This document shows, piece by piece, positions 13,701 to 25,997 of a stretch of DNA of 64,000 nucleotides. The first letter of the stretch is position 1. Each line of letters begins with the position of its first letter. The notes under the pieces were generated by a model. It ran no database searches. It had not been told where the DNA came from and saw nothing but the letters and a program-made list of their open reading frames with translations. The position numbers and the translations under genes are program-made. Source of the stretch: Gonapodya sp. JEL0774 (taxonomy: Eukaryota); NCBI GenBank assembly GCA_027604505.1, contig JADIIX010000118.1, positions 1-64,000 of the forward strand, written 5' to 3'.

Positions 13701-13958
13701 CCCTCGTGCTCTGATCTCGCCTGACGGACGGTGTGGTGTTTCGAACGGAGGCTTCAGGTGCCCCACGAACGGACGGTGCTGCAGCTACTGTGAGTCACAG
13801 TCAATCGGAGATGCGTCAAAGAGTTTCTCCGGGTGATGTTATACTGACGCTCGACGTCTCTGCTTCCCAAAGATGGATGGTGTGGTGACGGCACCGACTA
13901 TTGCGGCAAAGGATGCAATGTGGAAGGATCGCTAACGTCATTCACCTGCGACAGTTGA
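10795..13958 (+). CDS. Secreted type-B carboxylesterase/lipase with C-terminal hevein-type chitin-binding domain (CBM18); many short exons
   Basis: Signal-like MLCHHLAALIVVACW; IPYADPPVGKLRW, EDCL, LPVMVWIHGG, NYRLGAFGF, NYGLQDQIAALKWVQ, FGGDPSDVTVFGQSAG (Ser ~11977), GDNENEG, GVTHGGEL; then SPDGRCGVSNGGFRCPTNGRCCSYYGWCGDGTDYCGKGCNVEGSLTSFTCDS*. Confidence 0.9.
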
Positions 13959-14199
13959 ACTCATGGTTTCTTTCATGATTTCCTTCTTTGTCTATTTTAA
14001 CTTCGCATTGGCATGGTTGAATGGGGGGGAGTTGGATTGATGAAATTCTAACAACGTTTACATGATCGATCAAACGCTTTGAATTGTCTGGTAGGTGGAA
14101 AATATTAACAATCCATCTGAAAAATCGACCGAAGAAGTCCAGCTACCTTCCCTTATAAGCGTGTTGCCCCACTACGACTTATTGCCCGCCGCAACCAAC

Positions 14200-15500
14200 A
14201 AGCAAACCAATTTTGGGGTTCCCAATCAGTTTTGCCCGCCCCACCAAATCATCCTGTACGGCGGAAACATTCGCACCCTTTTTGATCAAAAGCTTCACGA
14301 TCTCCACCTTCTCTCCCGCGATTGCCTACCGAAGAATGCGACACAATTGCTGCACTTTTATCAAAGTTTCTATTGACAAACCACTGTTGTTCCTGTAATA
14401 GGAGATGTGAACTTCCGGGCGACAAGTCAACATACGCAAACTCATAAACTCGATCAGAAGACATCTGATGATTGATGAGCGCGCTGCCACAATTCCGCAA
14501 CACTAGGCTCTCGCGCATGTGAATATTTCTTGTCGTTCCAGCGTCACCCTCTCCTCCATCCCTGATTGCTCTTGCTCCCGTTACCCGGAATGCCCATAGG
14601 AGCGGTCTACATTCATGAGCCTTTAAGCATTTGCAGAATCATCCCTTGTCCCTCGAGGCGAGGCGCTTCTGTGGATGCCGATTGGTTGTAACCCCTTAGT
14701 GCTTGTATGTGGGCTGGCTTCTGTCTTGCTTATGGGCTGAAACGCAATTGTTGACTTTCGACTACCCTACGAAGATTCGACTGGCACACGCGGGCTTCAG
14801 AGAGCTTTCACTGGACATCACTGTGCAATTATTCCGGAGTCCAAGCTACGATGGGTTCTATGACATCTTGTTGTCGGATATCCCGTGTGTTCCAGTGAGG
14901 GTTCTCCTCTGGTTCGCAGCAAATCTTCTATCAGCCACGCAGAAGTCCTACCCTACTGCTCGAACATCTGGTAGAGAGCCAGTCCGAACTTTGTATTCCT
15001 AACGTGGACCGTATTGTGGAGCGTGCTTCTCCCTATTCGTTGACTGGCGATGCCACAAGCACTCATTGTCATACTTTCGAATCATTCAGAACACCTCCTC
15101 GCAGTGGTCCCTGGGCAACGTTGCAGTCATTTCTGCACGGCAAACGTTCACAAGTCATAGATCTCCCTCCCACTTTTTGCTGTGGTTTCCAGAGTAGACT
15201 GCACCACCGAGTAAACCCTCTTTCCAGTGACATTTCTTCCATGTACTATCCTGCCCGAGTGGCAATACTATATCATCGTTGCTAGCATGTCACAGTCCTC
15301 GTCGCATACCTGCAACACAGTGTACTGAATATGCCACAAGTTGACGAACCAGATGGGACTAAACGAGCAATCCTTTTCTTTTGTTGTACATTCGACCAGT
15401 GGATGCCATACCATCGCACTTTCTAATCTTTTGGAGAACTTCTCATTTGATTTCGATAGCACAACATTCAAAATGCAAAAATGTTCAATTTCCTGGAAAC
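14200..15500 (-). pseudogene. Possible decayed BTB + ankyrin-repeat gene
   Basis: Minus strand ~14260-14340 reads ILR*AIAGEKVEIVKLLIKKGANVSA (ankyrin-like, in-frame stop); ~15250-15470 reads NVVLSKSNEKFSKRLES..DEDCDMLATMI*YCHSG (BTB-like, in-frame stop). Confidence 0.4.
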
Positions 15501-17421
15501 ATTGTTATACTACATTCCAACTTCTGGTCCATGCCACGACGGCATAAAACAGAGAGGCCATCTTCTTCTTACAAACGGAGTCATCCTGACAGCGGTGCAT
15601 CTGCATGCGGGGTAGCCCCACAGCACCCTCATGATCCAGTCGTGCGCGGTGGTCCCGACTAATTCCTGCTCTCCTTCTCCTAGACGCCATTCTCCTCCTT
15701 CCTATCCACCGCGAAGTCTCTATTTGTCGAATACCCAGCACTCTCATAGCATGACACATTGGAACTCCCAATTCCAAGAGTGCCCGCCGTCAACATCTGA
15801 ACAATCTCTGCCGTGACGGAAGCGTGGCGCTTAGGGTCGAGAATGTGATGGTTGTGAGAGTCCTCGCGATAACTCGGCTCTCCCCCGAATCCCGGGGGAA
15901 TATCGGAGACCACGGTTTCTTCACCCACGGGACTTTGTTTCCAATGCCACGAGCTTCGTGAGTCGCGCTGCAGCTGTGATGAAAGCTCGGAAAACGGGGA
16001 GGGAACTGACTCTCGAGAGGCCGCACGCTCGGCTCTAGGGCAACTTTTCTTGATAGTGTCGAGTGTTATCGGGTAGACTCCCTGATGGAGGTGGTTGAAG
16101 AGTCACCGTCTCCAACCGTCAGCGTCGGTTCTGAGCACATGAAATTTCGGGACTTTGGACAGGCGACCTCCTCTAGTGTGAGCAGTCAAAGTGCCACCTT
16201 ACTCTTTGGCTCCCACAGGAGGCTCCTGATGGGATTCTTTGGGGTACTTGGACTTCCTCGCTGGGAGGAATTGTGGGAACTGGCTTCGAAGCCAAAATCT
16301 GCGTGGGAGGTACCACGTCCAGTCCAAACAGCGAGTGTCCCCAGCTCGGGCGGAAAGAGATCCGAGGTTCCGCGAAGGATGCTATTCCCATTTCCTTCAT
16401 GTGCGACAGTGTTGGGATCAGAGTCGGTGCTCGTAATACTGCTGAGAATCTTTTACGACTATCAGACAATGGCTTCTTCCCCCGGTTTGGTGATTATTGG
16501 TTTGACGTTTCCTTCCACCAATTGCAGGTTTGGATGGCTTTGAGGGCTCGACAGTGGGTTCGATCCTGAGATTGGATCATCGGCAACACCTGCAAGAAAC
16601 TGGGTTGGGACCCATCAAATCGAATCAAAAACGCATTGATACTGACTTAACGTGGCTCCTGACTCCAATCGCCTACCCATGCCGAATACGGCACCAGTGG
16701 GCCGCAGAATATGGGATGTGAGAGTCGTCGTCTACATGGGAAACCACTGGTCGTGAGCGCAACTGCCGACAAAGAGCCCAAAACAAACCATCGCTACTCA
16801 CCACCAGACCTTGGGTTAATATTTTTCCCTTAACACAATGGGGTGAGGATCCACGAACCATCTCCCAACCCCAGTTTCCCAAGCACGACGTCCTGGTTCG
16901 TCGAGGTCAATTATCTTCCACGGAAGGATGCCGCTTCTCGAAGTGAGATGCGACTCGTTGCATTCTTTGCAAGAAGTCACACAAAGAGATCGACAAGCGC
17001 GAGTGAAGGGGACAAGGTGGCTGGTTCGGCCTCGAAGGTCGGTCTAAGCAGCGACTAAGTTTAGCTCAAAGTTCTTTGAGTAATACAACGAAAACCAGAA
17101 CACGCACGGATGGTTTCGCACCAGATTCCATTTCTCATCTATCGCCCCGAGAAAGGTAATCTTCCGAATAGAAACAGTAGACTGTTCCCCCAGATATCAC
17201 CCGCGACCATCCACGGTCGGGAACGGGAAAGACTTGCGCTGGGGCGCGTGGTCTCTATGCTCATTCTGCCATCAACATCCATCGTCCCACTGCAAGCTTC
17301 TAGGGATAAGAACGCAGTTGTGCCAGCTCCTTCTGCATGCTCGTCATCCAAATCATGGCTTGCATAGGGTGGCCCAAGCTCGCCCATTTTCTGTTCGGCT
17401 ATTCACCCAATCAAAGGAGAT

Positions 17422-17838
17422 CAGTAGCAAGAGACATATCTTTTGTCATTGAGGGCGCCGCAAAAGTCGGACATAGATAGACCGAACTCACTTTTATACC
17501 AAAATATCCATCTTCTGCGCCAGGCGGTTATGCTCGTCCCTGATCCCTGACGGGGCACAGGAGAGGAGTTCATCTCCACCTGGCGCACTTACACGATATT
17601 GGAGTACACTCGGTGTGCGGAGATCGTCAAAGTTGCAAATACTGTTGGTTCAGTAACGAGAGACATATCTTTGGTCATTTTAGGGTGCCACAAAAATCGG
17701 ACATGGATAGACCGAACTCACGTTTAGTTCAATATATCCATCTTCTGCGCCATGCGGTTATGCTCGTCCCTGATCCCTGACGGGGCACAGGAGAGGAGTT
17801 CATCTCCACTCGGCGCACTTCCACAAGATTGGAGACAG
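17422..17838. repeat. Two-copy tandem repeat, period 230 bp, with a highly conserved hairpin core
   Basis: ~17422-17605 aligns to ~17652-17835; cores 17504-17590 and 17734-17820 differ at only 3 positions. Confidence 0.95.
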
Positions 17839-20800
17839 TTTAATGTCTATTGTGAAAGTGATTTGTTTCACAAGGCGTTTTGATATCAAACATTAAGGTT
17901 GTTCGTACGTACCATGACCTCCACATCTCGCAGGAGCTCTTCACCGGCTCAAAGTTCGCAACGATCGGGCTTTTGATTTAAGCAAACATGTGACTGTCGC
18001 ACCTCCGCAGGGAACTAGGCGAAACTGATAGGCGCAATTACAGATGAGCTCGCATTTTGAGTCAGAGAAGTAAGACCCTTACGTAATGTGTTGAGGCAAT
18101 CCATCGGTATCTGTCTAGACAAGAGGTTGTGGAGGAAGGAGGGGAAGTGGGAACACCAGGTGGTGGAGGTGATGGGGGAGATGGAGCCGCACTGGAAGTA
18201 GCATGGGGGCAACGTGGAATTGTTAGTCCGAGGACGGCCAAACCTGCTCATATCCGGACTCGGGTAGCATGAAGTGACTACTCACGAGTCACGAGCTCTG
18301 CTCTCCGCAACTTCTCGTAAGGAAGTTGGTTTGGCAGGACGGCCAATCCCCCGAGTACCACTGATACATAGGTAACAAGAATCAGAGACGGACTCTCCAG
18401 CAAACGTCCAACTGAGATTGAACTATTGATCGTCCATTGTCAGTTTCCGCTTCGGGTTGGGCCGGGGCAAGCTGTCGAATCTTCTGTCCGACTCGGTGGA
18501 CTGCGTTGACGAAACTACGTTGTCTACAACGCTTCTCGAGGCAGCTGGCACTTGTGTCAGAGCACCCTCTTGATATTTTGCGAGAGCCGAGGATGCAAGA
18601 AGTTGAGACGAAGGTTCCCTCTTCGTCTTCTATTGGTTAGAGCACAGGTGTATTCCTCGGACGTCGCTGAATCTGTTTGATCTGGACGTAGCAGCGGCGT
18701 CGCCACATTCTCTGCAGTCTGCGGAGTCTTCTGCGAAATTCCGGTCGGCGATGATGCGGTGGCAGTCTGCCCTTCCTTTCTTGCTGCCGCTTTCACATCT
18801 CTTCACTCTCTCAATGCATTGGAAAGCCGCGGCACTCTCGTCCACGTATGTTGTAGTCCCACTCTTCCCATCGATTCCGTTCGCAGGAGGATGTCCTAGG
18901 CAAATCAAACCGAACAGATAACTTCTTTCCATCTGGATCAAGACTTCTCGCTCTGACGCGCTCGGGACCCTGTCATTAATGACAGATTTCGGCATAGACT
19001 GGGTCCGGGAACGGTTTTCGATTTTTAGTGGCTTTGAGAGACATAGAGCTGGAGTGATGAGAATGGAGGGATCGGTTCCCGAGCGCAAAAAAGCTCGGCG
19101 TTGCTTGAGGGCTGGGGTCCGAGAGGGTTTCTTGGGGGGCTTCCTAGAGCCAATGTCCGGCTTTGAAGGAGCTACTGTCGTTTCTGAAGCAGAAGATCGC
19201 GAAGGTGTCCCTGAGTCCTTCCCAATACGTAACACATTTCGCGATGATGGCTGTTTCTACAGGTACTGGCGTGGATCTCTCCACTTCTGATGGCACCACA
19301 GCCTGCGCCACCGAGCCATTTGTTGATAATAAACTTGCTTTCATCCTAACCCATCCTAATTTTGAAAGCCGCTGTTGCAAGCTTCTTGTAGCATTCGGCC
19401 CCTTGCACGGCACTTTCTCCCACTTGGGCGTTCCTCGCCTTCTGCGGTGCACAAAGTCCCACCTTATCCACGCTGCTCCCGCCGCTCGTGCTGATACTTC
19501 CAATCATACTTTTTGCCAACTCGTCCGACGATGACGCTGAGTTCTCACTAACCCGCCCTCTTCAACGTCCCAGACGTCCAGAAGAATGTGAGAGAACGTT
19601 ACGGGGCAAGCGGTGTGCGAGGGTGAATCGGAGCTCGAAGGACCGGTGGAAATCTCGAAGTAGTGATGACAGACTAAATCATGAAAGGGAAAAGGGGGTA
19701 ACTTTGAAGGTTATAATTGCCAGGGTTCCCCCAAAGGAACCCCGTTGTTCGAAAGGTACCTTATCTGGCTGCCCCCTGGAACAGTATGGCTGCTCCTCGT
19801 TAACACCACTCTTCACAAACACTCGCAAACTCGTTGGCCTTCCTCCGACATTCATTTCTCTACTCCCACTTTGTCCGCGCTAGGTAATCCCTCTCCTACA
19901 ATCCTCTGTTGCGACCTCCCACCGACCCCGCCGGACTACAGTTCCATGACCCCGCGGGGGTGCGATTCATATCCTTCACAGATCAGTTGGCAAACCGGCG
20001 AGGTGGGGATTGAATCTGGTACGCCCTCACTCTCACCATGGTAGCGACCAAGATGGACGACCTTCCGGAGCGGCAACTAGCAATACACCAAACCCTCTCA
20101 GTCCTATGGCCACCGGGGCGCCTTGGTGGGTGTTGTCAGAATGGGAAGACTTAAACGCAACTGTTCCGGTGCGGCAGATGCCACTACATTGACTCGGTCA
20201 GATGCGTGGGTTTGCCGTACACCTGCGGTTTGTGCCGTTGCTGTTGTGCGGCTGGAACTGCCATTGCGACCAGCTGCTGCTCTCCCCCTGTACCTCCAAA
20301 CGTACAATTTGCGTCCACTGCTTTTAATGTTGCCGTTGGAGGTCCTTCACTCCGATCGTGGGCATCTTGTGTTGAGTGTGTGCGCGGATCCCGATACGCA
20401 CCTCTCACATTGACCACGGTGCAATCGGTCTGCCATAGCTTGCCGTGGGACCTGCACACGCGAGTTTGCAGTTGGAATCTCCCCACATTCCTTCAAGGCG
20501 CATGTTGACGTGGGGATATGTTACCCACCCAGTGCCCCTCCATCTCGCTCGACACCTCTCCAGCTTCTTCCTTCAGCTCCTGTCCCTTGTCTCACGATGC
20601 GCAGTCCCGAATGTCATTTTTCTCTTGCTGCATCCCTCGCAACTGCTTGCTCCATCCCATCTGCGTCACCGCCCACCCCACCACCCCGACTCCCTTCCCA
20701 ACTCCCTCACCCGCCCTTTCCCCTCACCCGCCGCCCCCCGCCCCCCTTCCGCCCTTCAGACTCCCTCGCCCCACCCCCCCGCCTGCCCCCCCGGACCGCG

Positions 20801-20889
20801 GGGGGGCGGCCGCCCCACCCCGCCCGCGACCCCGCCCCCGCCCCGCCGGCCGGCGCGCGGCCCCCGGCGGCGCGGGGCGCGGGGGCGGG

Positions 20890-20899
20890 NNNNNNNNNN
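20890..20899. other. Assembly gap (10 N) with C/G-rich low-quality flanks
   Basis: N run within ~250 bp that is almost entirely C/G. Confidence 0.95.
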
Positions 20900-20972
20900 C
20901 ACCCCCCCCCCTGCCCCCGGTCCCCTCGTTGGCCTTGCCAACACACCCCCCCCCCCCCCCGCACCCCCCCAC

Positions 20973-23783
20973 TCAGGGAGGAGCACCCTGCAAACGGGCC
21001 ACTGATTCGTGGCCCACCTCGCGGCGGAGATCCACTCGCTCTTCAACAGATCCGAACTGCTTTTGCAGCATCATGCAGTACTCATGCCGAGTGGTGGGCC
21101 TCCTGCCACGGCGCTGCCCTTGTTCAAGGGGGAGAAGCGAGGGCAGATAGGTGTTGGGGAGCGCCAATAAAGTTGAGATGCGCTGGAACACGTTTTCACT
21201 GGTGTCCAAGGCTCTAGCAGGGAGTAGAAAGGGTGCGGCTGTGGCCGACGACGCAGTGTTTGGAGTTGGAGATGGGAAAACTATAGGTCCCGTTGATGAA
21301 CATGGGAGCGAGGAACAGGGGATCGAAGTTTCAAACTCGGGGGCCGGTGTCGGGTCCGTAGTGGAAGCAGCGAAAGTGGGGTTCTGTGGTGTCATCTGAA
21401 ATAAAGTGCATCCGTGGAAAGAGTAATTAATCCAAAAATATGCAGCTCACAGCAGTTCACTCAGGCCACTCACGTTTGCATTCTTCTCTGCAACGTCATT
21501 CACAGATTTTGTGTCCGCGTCAACCTCTCCAATTCGTGCTTGTGTATGCGAAGAGACCTCCGCAAGCATCTTGCGAATTGTGCACACATCCCGCTCCCGA
21601 ACGAGGAAGTTTTCGGTGAGCTCATGAACATCTGTCCCAGCCAGCCTGGGAAACTTGATGGAGGTGTGAGTCCATTCGCAATCATCGGTGTCTGAGTCAC
21701 TATAAGCTGAATTTGGTGGGGAGAATTGGATGTGGCTCGACTCAAGAAAATTCCACTGCTCCGAGAGGGGTCCGATTCGCCCCCTTTTGTGCAGAGCAAA
21801 CTCCGCAACGATACCCGAGCTCTGATAAGCCAACAATGCTACAATTAGCACCGCAAAACACAATCACACGATGAAGTCCATCTGTACTCACCGACGACAC
21901 CGCCAGCACCATCCAGGCACCCGTGACAGGGTCTGACACGCGGAACATTGCAAATTCACATTCCTCACAATCGAATGGTATAGCATCCGATGGAAGGTGG
22001 GTGTGGCGGTGATGGGGTGATGGGGACGTACTTGGCGGGGGGCTGGGCATATCTTTAGGAGGCTCCAAGCCTGGTACGACAATCGTGGGTTGTTTGCGGG
22101 CAAGCAGGGCTTCCGAAGTGAATGTCGGAGATGCAGCTCCATCCGACGTCGGAGACGTGCTTGGGATGGTTGAAGCGGCGTCGTTGGGGGGTATGTTCCT
22201 CCCCCTGATCAATCTTGGTGGGGTAGGTGGACACGACTGCCGAATCAGACAAAACGTGTGGTCACCAGGTGGAACTGAATTCGCATGGAATAAAAACTTA
22301 CGAGGGAGCTACTGCTCCGTGACATCATTGATTCTGTTATCTCCTGGTCGTCGAAGGGCGTTGGCTGAACGGCGGCAAACTTCTGGATGCGCGATTCCTC
22401 CTGGTCCGTTATTCGCACCTTCATTGCGTGCATCGCGGCAGTGACATATGAGACATTGATCCGCGACACCATCAGCTTCATTGTTCCGGCGGTTGCGGAC
22501 TGGAAGGTCAATACGTGAGTGAGCGACTTTGTAGAACTTGTTGGTCGGAGGGATAGGGTAGATCGAACTGAAGAAAGGAAGGACTTCACCGGGCCCTCTG
22601 CTGCAAGCGGTGCGATGGTGACGTCGTTGAGTGAGTATTTTGCCACACCAACTTCCGAGTTGGTATTCAAAGTTGCGATCCAGTTCGATGTCTGTGAAAG
22701 CAATCGACGTGAGAGCCTGATCACACGGACAATCAAATCAATCGCTCGCACCAGATAACTTACCATGGAGATGGCAATCACTACTTCCTTCTTCGACCCC
22801 TTCTCCACACCACTGATGGTTTTCGCTTGACAGACCTCGCAGGAACGGTGCACTCGGAGTCCCGCGTGGTGCTGACAGTATTGGCGCGGGTTTGAGTATT
22901 GATCTTGGAACACGCTCACAGTGGGAATGTGCGGCAGTTCATTCGGGGAGATCTGAGAAAGGCGGGAGTTGGGGCCGACCATCGAGTGGACGAGGCAGTG
23001 CGCCACCGCCTTGACTTGTTGGGCTCCCTCGTCGGACAGGAAGTATCGACAGTAAAAAGTTTCCTCGTGGTGGTCGACAATTTTCCTCGCCACAAACGAG
23101 ACATCTGCCATCCTCGGCGATTCTCCTCGAAGATATTCGGATTCATTAACAGTGGTGGTAAAGTCGGTGAAAGGGAGCGATCCCCATTTGGTAGTGGTGG
23201 GCGATATACGAGATCCTTCTGGGACGTCGAATTCTGCATATGCCCGAAACACCTGGAGAAGAGTTTCCGAACGTTAGATCTCGATGAGTTCGTTATGAAG
23301 GCACACACAGTAGACTGAATGAGAACTCACACACGACAGGAACAGAAGTTTGGTACCTCCGGTGAAGCGATCGTTCACGCGAATCGGGGTCCAGAACTTG
23401 GCGTTAATGTCTCTGAGGTGGAACAGGAGATCTGACCTCTGGGAGCAATCAGAGAAGCTGTCCATGGGGGTCGCGACCTTTGTCGAACCGGCCGAGGAGC
23501 CCGTCATCGATGGATCGGAGATGGTGGAGGACATGGTGGTTGTAGCGAGTTCTGATGGGGGAGCGGGGGTCTTTGCGGATGGTATCGGGGACGGGGACGG
23601 GGACACATCGAGGTCCATCTTGCCATTGAACGAGGAGGGAGCGCAGAACACGGCTGATTGGCACATGGTGTTGGTAGCGAGGTTGGTGGTAGCGGAAGTT
23701 GTTCGGTTTCGTCTTCGGATCGTTGAACGGCAGAGGCAATCTGTTCGCGTTAAGATGGACTCGCGGTTGGACATGGGGTTCAT
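20973..23783 (-). CDS. Hypothetical multi-exon protein, no family recognised; ends uncertain
   Basis: Consecutive minus-strand ORFs (23274-23927, 22245-23252, 21742-22212, 21447-21863, 20973-21395) with GTGAGT donors and CAG acceptors between several of them. Confidence 0.55.
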
Positions 23784-25997
23784 CAGCAGCCCAGGTTTGC
23801 ACCCCGGCCCTGACCAGGGGCCCACATCCAAACAGAATAACAAGAACAGAAATTCAATCGTCGAAATTGCGATGCGTTTCGGTTTGAATGTTTTAAAGTG
23901 TGAGAACGAATGGAGATTGGCGGACAAGAGGAGGAGGGGAAAAGGTGAGTTCGATTAATTAAATAATCTGCACTGTCAGAATCATCCGGCACAAGTCATC
24001 CCGCTATAGGGCCTTAAAAAACAGCATTTTGGAACTGCACTCGTCATCGCTCATGGCGACAAAGCAGCCCGGCAATAAACACGACGATACCCAACTCAAC
24101 TAATGGCCCTCTGATGGATTTCTGGATTTCAACAACTCCAATCTCGCATTCCAGCTCTTGGCGAAAAGAAAAAAAGTGAGCATTCCCTCCCCGTTATTGT
24201 TCTCGGAGTTCGTTCGACACCGGAGTGTGAAGGTGGCAATATCACCATGGTGAACCCCAACATTTGCCTGCGAGAAGAAACCGCAACTCCCATCGCACAT
24301 ATTCAACCGGCTTACAACCAATCTCCAAGATCCTACTGGTTAGAGATGACTGTGCGTTGTACGGGTGATGCACCCTCCTGAACGCGATCGCGGGTGAATC
24401 GATCGAGCATCGTCAAGCAGAGAACAAGGAAGTCACTTGCTTCATAATTTTCTCCGGCATCTTGACATTGGATTCGGTGAGCCAAACACTTGTTGGTAAG
24501 CGGTGTTGTCGGCAACAGGCGGCTCAGGGTAATATTATTGGTGGGTCACCCCAGCGTTCCCCCAGCAGATTTTCCCCACCGAAAGATTGGCGTTTCCCTT
24601 CGCATAATCTTGCGCGGTGCGTTCGTGACAACATCTCTATCTGCGTTGTCGCTCCAATCATGGAAACGTCCCATCATTTCCTAATATGTATCTTCAATTC
24701 TTCATCGTCAGGTTTCAAATCATCGTCCTTTATGCCCATCTCCTTCATCTCTCAAGAAGTTCGAGCTCTCCCATACACTTGTACACACACTCCACCACAA
24801 CAAAGCTATACCACCGTGCGAGTCCCACATAGTACAGAAACTCAACCTAAAACAAAGCGCGAGGAGAATTCGCGGCTCCCACTCGATTTCCCCCCAATTT
24901 ATTCGAGGCTCTATTGAGGGGCACAGGATTGAAGTCAAGAGGCTCTGAGCAAACACCGGAGAAAACTTGCCTCTTGTATCCATTTTATGCGAAATCATCA
25001 ATATCGTCTTCGCCGCCGAGTAATTTGTATGCTGATTGGGTTGGACAAGTGGGATCGAGTTAGCGAGCGCGGGGACACAGGAAGTACGCGTTGCTCAGAG
25101 TAAACAAGTCGCGCTGGGAGAAAAGAGAGACAATTGTGGGATTTCGCTGGGATTTTGGACGAATCGGTGCTCGAAAATCCGTCCTCTCGGGTGGGTCCAT
25201 CCAAGATGCCATGACCGTTACAACTTCCCTTTCAGCTGGAAGTTCAATGTGACGGAGTTGGAAATGAGTGGGTTGGGGGTGCGGGCGGTTTTGGTTTGGA
25301 AGCAGAAGCCCAAGGGGGGTCGCCGAAGCGCGATGAGTGCATGTTGACCAGAGAGAGCCACGTGAGTACTGCAACTGCTCATTGATCTGACTTTGGGGCT
25401 TGTGGTGTGACGCACTTCGCATCAACAATTTTACAGACAACCACTTGAACAATAGTACGTACCGTCACCAGTGTGTCCACAGAAGAGGTGCACTTCAAAT
25501 TCACCAACCATTTTTATTGTTTATTCTCTTTCAGTGTAATTCATATATGCACATACTGAAGTAAGGTAATCAACATTGCACGAGTTTCTCTTGAATAGGA
25601 AGAGGAGCCATGGCCAGTGGTGTGATATTTTGAGCAAGCGGCAATTTTCAATACTTGTTGTGCTCAGTAGTTCGCCTGCTGCGCGAGTCGGTTCTTTACT
25701 CGGGTCTGTTCGTTCGAATGTGCAACAGGTCTCGACCTTATGCCACCCGCTTATTGTGATTTCTGACGTTGTCCCGAGCACTAGAGCTGCACGGCATTGA
25801 GAATTGGTTGACCCTCGGCGCACTTAACGCTATTGTGATGACGCTCGCTTCCATCAGCCATCTTAGCCGTTCTTGGCGATTATAAATCAAAGGAACTCTA
25901 GTTGTGGGTAAATGCTCCTCATGTTTCCTCAACACTTGACTAGACTGCACTATGTTGTCATCAAAGCAAAAATAAGCGTGTGTGGCGACCTGTCCAT

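Noticed and set aside
17516..17587. SECIS element (hairpin contains AUGA on the minus strand)
   Set aside because: No AA at the expected distance after AUGA, no well-placed opposing GA, and no selenoprotein-like ORF upstream.
17422..17838. CRISPR-like array
   Set aside because: Only two long units in eukaryotic DNA, with no repeat-spacer structure or cas genes.
15800..19900. Low-complexity ORFs flanking the tandem repeat
   Set aside because: No motifs recognised and no reliable gene model could be built.
20445..21217. Long Pro/Arg/Gly-rich ORFs
   Set aside because: Produced by low-quality C/G-rich sequence around the gap at 20890-20899.
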